Of a stretch of DNA of 64,000 nt, positions 47,250-55,809 are shown one piece after another. Origin of the DNA: a virus; the IMG/VR virus record IMGVR_UViG_3300028025_000092, one strand, 5' to 3'. Positions within the stretch are counted from its first letter, which is position 1. Every line of letters begins with the position of its first letter. The notes below the pieces were generated by a model. It worked only from the letters and a program-made list of their open reading frames with translations. It searched no databases and had not been told where the DNA came from. Made by a program: the position numbers and the translations under genes.

Positions 47250-49829
47250 ATGTCGGGAATTTACAAAGGATATAATCCAATCTACGAATCTCTTAGAAAA
47301 GATCTATTTGAAGCGGAAAACAAAATTGACACTGATGCTCTTTTAAGAGCTATTTACGATACGTTTGTTAATACCCTAATGAATGGATCAGATGAAGCGG
47401 TAAGAACCCCAGACGGGTTTAAACTATTCATGGATAAGACCCTTCAGTCTAGTTCAATAGACGTTCTTAAGAGCGAATTGAATAATAAGATAGATGAACT
47501 TGCTAAACTTGATAAAAATCAAGCTGAGCCATTAAATCAAACTAAATCATATCTTAACACATTATTCGACACATTAAAAAATGCTATAGGTGAAGATGCC
47601 AAAGCAATAAAGAGTGCTATAGATAAAATGTCAGAATTTACAGGAACTACTATTGGTGGTTTACAAGCTGTTAAAACACAAATGCAACAGAATGAAAGCT
47701 TAACATCTAGATACGTTTCAGAGCAATCCGAGACAAGAACAGGGGAAGAAGCAAATTCAGAAGAAGGTGAAAATGATAAATGGTATTTCCAATTATCTAA
47801 AAACGTGTTAGATACCGCTACTTCTTTTGCAGGAGAAACAACAGCTGCTCTTTCTAATAAATCTTTATCCGGTGACTCTGGTATTCAAAAATTTGCACAG
47901 GACGGACAGGATTATCTATCAAAAGCTAAGGCTTTGTCTGTTACTGGCGGAAGAAAGGGATTTATCGTTATGGGCAAGGTTAAAACTGCTAGCGGTGATA
48001 TAAAAGGAAAGGATTATAGAATTCAAGTTAAAAATCTTATTAATGATATAATTAGACAGAGAGAAGAATTTCAAAAATTAAAGTATAGACTTTCAAATAT
48101 TCCAGCACCACCACAAGTGGTTACTGTTTGTCCTACTGGTATGACCTTTGATGCAGCTAAAAATGCTTGCGTGTATGTTAATATTCCAGCACCAGTCGTA
48201 AATCAGGGAGGTGAAGGTCCTCAACCACCAAAACCACCAAAACCAACTCCACCAGTTCCAACAACAGGATGTCAATTTCCTATTCAGATTACAACAAAGA
48301 AATGTTCTGAGGTTGCACAACTACAGGGCAAGTTGATGAGTATGGGAGGATGTATTGCTGATATACTTAATACAGCAGGAGGAGCAGATGGTAAATACGG
48401 CAATAAAACTGCTAAATTAGCAAATATAGCATATGCATATCTTACTAAATCATCAGCTTTTAATCCTACTGGAGACTTAACACAGGACATCTATAATACA
48501 ATAATGGCAGGAGGTCAAATGACATATCAAGCTCCTGCAAAAGAATCTTTAGAAATTAAAGCAGATTCTAAAATAGTAGAGAATAAAATATTTGAAAGAG
48601 AATATAAAACCGGTATGCCTGTGCTATCATTCTCGGATTTTTCTGAGGTACTATCAGAAGCAGGATACGTCATCGAGGAAGATGTTGCAACTAGCGGTAA
48701 ATCCATCGCAGATTGTATTTGTTCAACTTATGCTTCTGGCCAAATGGATACAGCATGTTTTAGTAACATAGTTCCTGTTCCAAATCCAACAGGAGGAACA
48801 GGCGGAACCGGCGGAACCGGAGCAACAGGAGCAACAGGAGCAACTGGTGGTGGGGAAGAAATACCAACAAGAGATGATTGGAAAGGTCTTAAGTATGTAA
48901 ATACTGGGTCTTATCCTATTTCCTTTGATGAGAGTCTTTTAAGCTTCTGGTCTAAAGAGGTAGCAATCACAGCATTAAGCTTTGCTATCCCAGGGTCTGG
49001 TTATCTGTTAAAAGCAGGATCAACAGGTCTTAGATCATTAGGGGTTAAAGCAGCAACTAAAGTAGGAGCTCAAAAACTTGCAACAAGAATTGCAGGTAAA
49101 GCGGTGACAACAGCAATTGCTAAGGGGATCACAAAGAAAACAGCAGCTCAAGCTTTAAGTGGTCTTACTAGACAATACTTTATGAAATACGGAGCTATTC
49201 CTATTGCAAAAAGAACAGCAGCTGGCTTAATCGGCGGTGCAGTTGGTGGTGCAGCATTAGACTTCTTATCAGGAAGAGACACTTTTGTTATTACAACAGT
49301 AGAAGGATTTATAGAAAGAAATCTATTGCTTGGAATAGCAAAAGGATTGGTGAATACCCTGGATGGATATGTTAGTGATGATGATTGGGCATCAATCTCT
49401 CAAACCCTTGCAGTAATTAAAGGAGGTTGGACGGTAGATGACAGCGATAAACAAGTATCTGCGTGGGGAGAACTTAAAAGGCTTTATGTTGAATCCGAGG
49501 GAGAAGATCTTGTAGCAGATATACAAAGTGTTAAAGCTAAAATGGGAGACGTTGAAGGATTCCCTAATATGAAATCAGTTTCCCCGCTATCAAGTTTAAA
49601 CGATGTTGATTGGGATCTTGCTAAAGCAGAAACGCTAAGATTTGTTGATGTACTAGAAAGAAACGAGAGTACTCTATCACAGAATTTAGATAAACTTCCA
49701 GGATCATATGTTACTGCTCACGTAGAAGGTAATTATCAAGAAATTGATGAGAATGGAGAAGAAGTTGGAGGAGAAGGTGGAGAAGAAGGAGGAGAGAAAG
49801 ACGATTCTCCAAAAAAATCAACCTACTAA
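47250..49829 (+). CDS. Large putative internal/ejection protein with peptidoglycan-binding domain
   Basis: EVAQLQGKL...GADGKYGNKT, Pro-rich linker, GGTGATG linker, Gly/Ala hydrophobic helices. Confidence 0.65.
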   Translation: MSGIYKGYNPIYESLRKDLFEAENKIDTDALLRAIYDTFVNTLMNGSDEAVRTPDGFKLFMDKTLQSSSIDVLKSELNNKIDELAKLDKNQAEPLNQTKSYLNTLFDTLKNAIGEDAKAIKSAIDKMSEFTGTTIGGLQAVKTQMQQNESLTSRYVSEQSETRTGEEANSEEGENDKWYFQLSKNVLDTATSFAGETTAALSNKSLSGDSGIQKFAQDGQDYLSKAKALSVTGGRKGFIVMGKVKTASGDIKGKDYRIQVKNLINDIIRQREEFQKLKYRLSNIPAPPQVVTVCPTGMTFDAAKNACVYVNIPAPVVNQGGEGPQPPKPPKPTPPVPTTGCQFPIQITTKKCSEVAQLQGKLMSMGGCIADILNTAGGADGKYGNKTAKLANIAYAYLTKSSAFNPTGDLTQDIYNTIMAGGQMTYQAPAKESLEIKADSKIVENKIFEREYKTGMPVLSFSDFSEVLSEAGYVIEEDVATSGKSIADCICSTYASGQMDTACFSNIVPVPNPTGGTGGTGGTGATGATGATGGGEEIPTRDDWKGLKYVNTGSYPISFDESLLSFWSKEVAITALSFAIPGSGYLLKAGSTGLRSLGVKAATKVGAQKLATRIAGKAVTTAIAKGITKKTAAQALSGLTRQYFMKYGAIPIAKRTAAGLIGGAVGGAALDFLSGRDTFVITTVEGFIERNLLLGIAKGLVNTLDGYVSDDDWASISQTLAVIKGGWTVDDSDKQVSAWGELKRLYVESEGEDLVADIQSVKAKMGDVEGFPNMKSVSPLSSLNDVDWDLAKAETLRFVDVLERNESTLSQNLDKLPGSYVTAHVEGNYQEIDENGEEVGGEGGEEGGEKDDSPKKSTY

Positions 49830-49842
49830 GGGTGATTTTATA

Positions 49843-49850
49843 GATATATA
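49843..49850 (+). promoter_or_regulatory. Late promoter box GATATATA
   Basis: 18 nt before the gp21 ATG. Confidence 0.7.
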
Positions 49851-49868
49851 CAAAAATAAATAATAATA

Positions 49869-51950
49869 ATGAGTCTTAACCCCGAATTCGTTTTAGTCTT
49901 GGAAAAATCTTCACACAATCTGAAGACCGAGAAAAGTGGTAACGAATACTATCTGGAAGGTATTGCAGCAGTTTTTGGTAAAGAAAACTCTAATCAAAGA
50001 ATATATGAGGAAAGAGAATATCTTCCTCATCTTCAATATTTAAAAGAAAAGATCGAACAAAAAAGATTGGTAGGTGAGTTAGACCATCCTAAGGAATTTG
50101 ACGTTTCCCTTAAAAACATTTCTCACCTAGTTGAGGAATTAGCATACAATCAAGGGGACAGAACCTTAAGAATTAAAGTAAAGCTTTTAGACACACCAGC
50201 AGGTAAAATTGCTAAATCTTTAGTTGATGCAGGTATTCCTGTTTCTATTTCTTCAAGAGCAGCAGGTAACGTAATGGAAAACAAAAAAGTACAGATTAAA
50301 AAGATCTTTACTTATGATCTAGTAGCTGATCCTGGATTCGAAAATGCACAATTAGAAAGAGTTTATGAAAGTCTTGGTTACAATTTAGAAGAAAAAAGTA
50401 TGGCTGAATCCATCCTAAAGGGTCTTCCTCTTATGAACGAAAGTTTAGGATTAGAAAATGATTCTAATTTTAAGATATATAGAATTAACGATCAAGAAAA
50501 AATACAAAAGCTTCTAGATAAGGAGCCAAATAAGAGTTTAATCATGGAAAATAATTTCGTTACAGCGGAAGAAATGAACGGATATTCTAGACTAATCAAA
50601 AAAGAAATGGATACTATTAAAGGATCCATTGAGTCTTTGAAGGGTGTTAAAGAATCTTCCAAAATAACAGAATCTTCCTCTCTTGAAGAGAGAGTATTAA
50701 AATTAGAAAAGTATGCTGATTATTTAGCAGAGAATTTAGAGGCTTCTATTAAGTATGGTGAATACCTAGCAGAAAACCTAGAAGACTCTGTTTCTTACTC
50801 AAAGTATTTAGCAGAAAATCTAGACAAGTCTATATCTTATGGAAAATATCTAGCAGAGCATCTAGACAATAACATTTCTTATTCCGAATATATTGCAGAA
50901 AATGTAGACACGAACATGACAGCAGTTAAAGGTTTAACAGAAAAAGTTGATCAATCTATTGCTTATGCAGAATATGTAGGAGAGAACGTAGATAAAAACA
51001 TTAGATACAGTGAGTATCTAGCAGAAAACCTAGATAAGAACATTTCTTACTCTGAGTACTTAGCAGAAAATGTTGACAAGAACATTTCTTACTCTGAGTA
51101 TTTAGCAGAAAACTTAGATAAAGGTTTAGCTTATTCTGAATACCTAGCAGAAAACCTAGACAAGAACATTTCTTACTCTGAGTACTTAGCAGAAAACTTA
51201 GATAAAGGTTTAGCTTATTCTGACTACCTAGGAGAAAATTTAGATAAGACTGTACATTACAGCGAATATATTGCAGAAAAACTATCTAACAATATTAGTT
51301 ATGCAGAATACATTGCAGAATCTGTAAATGCATCTTCAGGAACTAAAGAAGTTAAAGAAGCAGTAGTTAAAGCAGTTTCCGAGAGCGCAAACACTTCAGG
51401 ATTTGCAGGTAACTACACCGGAATTTCCAACAAAATCGACGATTTATTAAATACTGTCAGTAAACAAAAGACAGATGAAATAGCAGAAAATAAGAACTAT
51501 CCTTTCTTAAAGCTTATGGGCGAACAAGGACAAAGAGAATTCCTATCACTGCACGAAGGCCAAAAACAAAAGGTCGCAAAATCCTTAAACGAAAACAATT
51601 ATTCATCCGAAAAAGAAGTAATTGAACTTATGGGTAAAGCCTTGGTTGAACAAAATCAATCCGGCGAAAAATTCCTAGATCTAATGCCAGAAAAATATAG
51701 AACTTCATGGGAAATGATGACAGAGTCACAAAAGGCTTCAGTTATCGCTCAAAGCAAGTTTCATAAATTGGACACCCCTTATCAAATCCAGAATTTCTGG
51801 GCTACCAGAGGTATTTCAGTTACAAAGGCAAATATCGAAAGAATAGACGAATCCCAAAATCAAACAATCTCAGCCCCTCAGCCAAAAGGAGTTTCTAGAG
51901 AATATCTAGATAATCTTTCAGAAGCTTTAGGAGCTAGATTTAAAAAATAA
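49869..51950 (+). CDS. gp21: Prohead protease (gp21) fused to repeat-containing scaffold/core domain
   Basis: YLEGI...NSNQRIY, GELDHP, ISH, LDTPAGKI, ISSRAAG, TYDLVADPGFENA; then 14-aa repeats. Confidence 0.92.
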   Translation: MSLNPEFVLVLEKSSHNLKTEKSGNEYYLEGIAAVFGKENSNQRIYEEREYLPHLQYLKEKIEQKRLVGELDHPKEFDVSLKNISHLVEELAYNQGDRTLRIKVKLLDTPAGKIAKSLVDAGIPVSISSRAAGNVMENKKVQIKKIFTYDLVADPGFENAQLERVYESLGYNLEEKSMAESILKGLPLMNESLGLENDSNFKIYRINDQEKIQKLLDKEPNKSLIMENNFVTAEEMNGYSRLIKKEMDTIKGSIESLKGVKESSKITESSSLEERVLKLEKYADYLAENLEASIKYGEYLAENLEDSVSYSKYLAENLDKSISYGKYLAEHLDNNISYSEYIAENVDTNMTAVKGLTEKVDQSIAYAEYVGENVDKNIRYSEYLAENLDKNISYSEYLAENVDKNISYSEYLAENLDKGLAYSEYLAENLDKNISYSEYLAENLDKGLAYSDYLGENLDKTVHYSEYIAEKLSNNISYAEYIAESVNASSGTKEVKEAVVKAVSESANTSGFAGNYTGISNKIDDLLNTVSKQKTDEIAENKNYPFLKLMGEQGQREFLSLHEGQKQKVAKSLNENNYSSEKEVIELMGKALVEQNQSGEKFLDLMPEKYRTSWEMMTESQKASVIAQSKFHKLDTPYQIQNFWATRGISVTKANIERIDESQNQTISAPQPKGVSREYLDNLSEALGARFKK
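50474..50481 (+). promoter_or_regulatory. Intragenic late promoter box GATATATA upstream of in-frame ATG 50544
   Basis: Exact motif at the protease/scaffold boundary. Confidence 0.5.
50710..51325 (+). repeat. 42-bp (14-aa) tandem repeat YSEYLAENLDKNIS
   Basis: About 13 degenerate copies in the scaffold domain. Confidence 0.92.
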
Positions 51951-51964
51951 CATTTTTATAGAAA

Positions 51965-53722
51965 ATGCAACTTATCAATCAACATGAAATCTATGATACC
52001 TGGGCACCAATCTTGGAAAGCAAAACAGGTATTCAAGAGAGAGGTAAATTAGACTGGTTAACTAAATACTGTCATTACCACTCATTAAACGAATCTGCCG
52101 GAGCGTATAACTCTTTAGGCGTATTAAACGGTATGGGCCAAGTATCTCCTGCTTCTAACGTAGGTTTAAACGGCGGTCCTGCTGGATTCTATGCAGGCGG
52201 ATCTTATTCTGGAACTGGTCTTGGTTCTGGCGATAAATTCCCTTCTCTTTTACCTTTAGCTATTCAAGTAGCTGCTAAAACAGTAGGTTTTGATATCGTT
52301 CCAGTTATCCCAATGAGCGGTCCTACAGGCGTATTATCATACTTAGACTATGTTTACGCAGGTGGTAAATTATCTGGTACTGACTCTGTATCTCCATACA
52401 CAGCAAACACTCCAGATCTAATCAAAGTTCCAACAACAACAGCTTCTCCTGTTACTGGTTTAACAGTAGGATCTACTTACCTTTTAGGTGCTTCTGGTCT
52501 TTCTTCAACAAAAGATTTAGACTCTGCAGGTGTAGGTGCTTTAGTAGCTGGTAAATTCGTTGGTAACTCAAGAATTGATGGCTTCCCAATTTTCCAAGTA
52601 GTAGCAATCACAACTGGTTTCTCAATTGCTGCAGCTATCGACGCAGACGCAGTTATCTACTCTGGTTCATTCGTAACCTCAACAAACGTTTACACAATCT
52701 CTGCTACAGTAGGTTATGCAAATGGTGCTGCTCAATTAGTTAAAACTTTAGAAGATCACGTACAAGGATTTACTGGTCTTGGAACTGCTAACGACGGTAC
52801 ATGGTCTGGTCCTTATGTAGACGGTACTAAAGCTTACGATCCAATGTCAAGAGGAACTGCTGAAAGCACTTACTTCAAATCATTAGGTCTTTCTACATTT
52901 ACTAAATTTGTAGAAGCTGGTACTTTCCAAGTTGCTGCTTCTGTTACAACTGAGCAAATCCAAGATTTAAACAAGCAATTCGGTATCGACGTAGTTTCTA
53001 TGATCGAGAACGCACTTGTTAATGAGGTTTCTCAGTCTATCAACAAGCACATCTTATCTAGAGCATTTGCTTTAGGATGGTCTAACCACTATGAATTTGC
53101 AAACACCGAATTAGGTGGAGCATCTTCTGCTTCTCTAAACATCAACTTAAAAATTGGTGCTGGTGGAGCTTCAACCGCATCTTTCATCGGTAAGGACAAT
53201 GGATCTTTAACAATCTATACTCCTGGCGATATCGCTACAGGCGGATACGAGAACCAATCAACTGTACAAAGAAGATTATTCTCAAGAATCTTGGCTGCTG
53301 CTAACGTAGTAGCAAACAGAGGAAGAAGAGGACCTGCTAACTTTATTGTTACTAACGCTCAAGTAGCTTCTGCTTTACAAGATATCTCTCAATTCACATT
53401 TGCTCCTTTCACAAACACGTTAACTCAAAATAACGGTACTTTATATCCAGTTGGTTCAATCGCTGGTATGACCGTTTATGTTGATCAAAACATGTCTTTC
53501 GGCGATACGAGAGTATTGGTTGGAAGAAAAGGTGCTGATGACGAACCAGGTATGAAATTTATGCCTTACATGATGGCTGAGTCAATTCAGACTATCTCTG
53601 AAGGTACAATGTCACCTAAAATTGCAGTTAAGTCTAGATACTCTTTAGTAGAGGCTGGACATCATCCTCAAACGATGTACTTATGCTTTAAAGCTATAGT
53701 GCCTGCAACTGGTATCGCTTAA
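51965..53722 (+). CDS. gp23: Major capsid protein
   Basis: WAPILE, VPVIPMSGPTG, EQIQDL..QFGID, NEVSQSINK, RGRRGPANFIVTNAQVASAL, FMPY, PKIAVKSRY. Confidence 0.95.
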   Translation: MQLINQHEIYDTWAPILESKTGIQERGKLDWLTKYCHYHSLNESAGAYNSLGVLNGMGQVSPASNVGLNGGPAGFYAGGSYSGTGLGSGDKFPSLLPLAIQVAAKTVGFDIVPVIPMSGPTGVLSYLDYVYAGGKLSGTDSVSPYTANTPDLIKVPTTTASPVTGLTVGSTYLLGASGLSSTKDLDSAGVGALVAGKFVGNSRIDGFPIFQVVAITTGFSIAAAIDADAVIYSGSFVTSTNVYTISATVGYANGAAQLVKTLEDHVQGFTGLGTANDGTWSGPYVDGTKAYDPMSRGTAESTYFKSLGLSTFTKFVEAGTFQVAASVTTEQIQDLNKQFGIDVVSMIENALVNEVSQSINKHILSRAFALGWSNHYEFANTELGGASSASLNINLKIGAGGASTASFIGKDNGSLTIYTPGDIATGGYENQSTVQRRLFSRILAAANVVANRGRRGPANFIVTNAQVASALQDISQFTFAPFTNTLTQNNGTLYPVGSIAGMTVYVDQNMSFGDTRVLVGRKGADDEPGMKFMPYMMAESIQTISEGTMSPKIAVKSRYSLVEAGHHPQTMYLCFKAIVPATGIA

Positions 53723-53745
53723 TCTTAATTAAGTTAACCTTTAAT

Positions 53746-53777
53746 AAAAAGCCTCTGAGAAATCAGGGGCTTTTTTT
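53746..53777 (+). terminator. Intrinsic terminator after capsid gene
   Basis: AAAAAGCCTCTGA-GAAA-TCAGGGGCTTTTTTT. Confidence 0.88.
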
Positions 53778-53800
53778 ATTGTCTTTTATTATGGATGTGG

Positions 53801-53808
53801 GATATATA
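53801..53808 (+). promoter_or_regulatory. Late promoter box GATATATA
   Basis: 16 nt before ATG 53825. Confidence 0.7.
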
Positions 53809-53824
53809 AAGAAAAAGTTGTATC

Positions 53825-54943
53825 ATGAGCATTATTAACGATTTTAGATTCTATAATGATTGTAAGAATTCCCTTTTAGAATCTTTCGGTGATGTTGAAA
53901 TAGCAAAAAACAAATTATCACATAAGGGCTACGAAAATAACGAAGATTTAGAGGAAACCCTAATTGCAATTAAAGAATCATTAGGGGATAAAATTATTAA
54001 CTTCTTTTCAAAGAATCTAGGAGGAGATATTTCTAAGGTATCAAAAATCTTACAGGATATGAAATCCGAAGAAATTAAATTCATTACCGATGAGCACGAA
54101 TCAGAATCTAAGTTTTATAAGCTAAGTGCAGCTTTATCCCAGCTTAAAAAGGACAAAGCAGATTCTAGTGAAGTCACACAATATGCTGATAAGTTAAATA
54201 AGCTAAAGAAGTTTATTAAAGATTTAATGTCATCACATAATTCAATCATGGATGATCTAGAAAAACAAGTTAACATTATTACTAAAAAGAATAATAGAAA
54301 AGCTGACTATTACAATCTTAAAAGAGCGGAGGATTCAGTGGAGACTAAAAAATTAAGAGCTGATTATAAAAAGAAGCTTATTACACAGGCAGAGGATTCT
54401 GAATACCTGGATGATATCCAAAAGATTCTAGGTAATCCTAAAGATGCACAAAAAGATCTAGATGCTGCAAAAGAAGTATTAGCAAAAGAGAAGGATAAAA
54501 TAGGAGCTGCAGGAGAGACATCTTCTTTGGTTAAACCAGATCTTGACGAAAAAAATGAAGATTTTTATAAGGAAATAAGAGCAACAGTTAAGGATATAGA
54601 AGACTATACAAAAAAATCTTTAAGCAAGTTCGAAAATAAGGAAGAAGCTAAAAAGATAAACAGAGGAACCTTTAATATGATGCAAAAAGCATTTGATACA
54701 AAGGTAAGAAGAGCATCCAATGTAATAGAGACATTTAAAAGTAAGATCTCGCAAGTTAACTCAACTTCTGATAATGAAACATCATCTGAGACAAATAAAG
54801 CTATAACCAATCTTTTAAATTTAGAGAGACAGGTAAGTAACCTTAAATATTTCACCTGGCCAGCGTCTGATTTAGAAGTTCAGAAAGAAACGATTCTTGC
54901 TATCATAGGTAAGGTTAATAAACAAATAGAAGTAGCTGCATAG
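53825..54943 (+). CDS. Helical putative internal head protein (paralog of next ORF)
   Basis: Late box; LLE/IKE motifs; shared segments with 54948-55787. Confidence 0.7.
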   Translation: MSIINDFRFYNDCKNSLLESFGDVEIAKNKLSHKGYENNEDLEETLIAIKESLGDKIINFFSKNLGGDISKVSKILQDMKSEEIKFITDEHESESKFYKLSAALSQLKKDKADSSEVTQYADKLNKLKKFIKDLMSSHNSIMDDLEKQVNIITKKNNRKADYYNLKRAEDSVETKKLRADYKKKLITQAEDSEYLDDIQKILGNPKDAQKDLDAAKEVLAKEKDKIGAAGETSSLVKPDLDEKNEDFYKEIRATVKDIEDYTKKSLSKFENKEEAKKINRGTFNMMQKAFDTKVRRASNVIETFKSKISQVNSTSDNETSSETNKAITNLLNLERQVSNLKYFTWPASDLEVQKETILAIIGKVNKQIEVAA

Positions 54944-54947
54944 TAGG

Positions 54948-55787
54948 ATGAAAAAGTATTCAGAATTCATAGCAGAAAACGTTAATGAAGGATTTATAAA
55001 AAATCTTATAGGAGGAATTACATCATTTCTAAGAGGTGATAAAAACTCGATTTTGGCCAACATAGAAAAAATGAAGGAGGTTGAAAAAGATTTTATAAAT
55101 AAATCTGATGAACTTAGTTATGATATATTCTATGCAGAAACCAAAAGAGGTCAAACATCAGATATTACCGCTTCTGCTAAACAAAAATCACTAATGAGTA
55201 AAAGAGCATTGGATGCTCTAAGAATATCGAAAGATGGTGAAATGAATCTTCTAGTAAAAACTATTTCTAGAATATGCAAAGATAACCCAAAACTTATAGA
55301 TTTTTATAATCAGGAAAAAGCATCAGCTGATGTTGAAATAGCACAATATGCTTATGAGAAGGCCAAAAAATTCAAAGACTCCCAATATGAGAATGAGTTT
55401 TATGACCAGTGGAAAAATCTAGAGACTTCTGCCAAAAAAATGAAATATGATTCACCAAATCTGGATGATGATACAATAGGGGAGAATAATGGTATGTGGG
55501 ATCTTTCCCTAAGAGAGTTTACGAATCAAATAATGGGTTTACCCAAAGCTGATTTATTAGATCTTGTAGAGGATGGTTCGGATCTAAGATGGAAATTAGC
55601 AGATGATCTAAGAATCAAAGACAGTAGTCTAAAGGAATTCAAAACAAGATCCTACAGGAGCGGAGATATGGCAAGCTATAATTTCACAAAAGAAAAAATT
55701 GCGGAAATAAAAAATAAATACAGGGTAGCCATACAATCTATTGATAATAAAGTGTCAATAATAAAGAGTCGACTTCGGAATATATAA
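54948..55787 (+). CDS. Putative internal head protein with T4 IP-like capsid-targeting N-terminus
   Basis: Begins MKKYSEFIAE, versus T4 IPII/IPIII MKTYQEFIAE. Confidence 0.75.
   Translation: MKKYSEFIAENVNEGFIKNLIGGITSFLRGDKNSILANIEKMKEVEKDFINKSDELSYDIFYAETKRGQTSDITASAKQKSLMSKRALDALRISKDGEMNLLVKTISRICKDNPKLIDFYNQEKASADVEIAQYAYEKAKKFKDSQYENEFYDQWKNLETSAKKMKYDSPNLDDDTIGENNGMWDLSLREFTNQIMGLPKADLLDLVEDGSDLRWKLADDLRIKDSSLKEFKTRSYRSGDMASYNFTKEKIAEIKNKYRVAIQSIDNKVSIIKSRLRNI
55779..55786 (+). promoter_or_regulatory. Late promoter variant AATATATA
   Basis: Upstream of ATG 55810. Confidence 0.45.
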
Positions 55788-55809
55788 AGACATAAAATAA
55801 AAAATAAAG

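Noticed and set aside
50710-51325. 42-bp periodic repeats as a CRISPR array
   Set aside because: No unique spacers; the repeats are in-frame, vary at synonymous positions and encode scaffold heptads.
5563-53722. Introns, inteins or homing endonucleases in terminase, portal or capsid genes
   Set aside because: ORFs are uninterrupted; no intein C/HN motifs or HNH/GIY-YIG/LAGLIDADG ORFs recognised.
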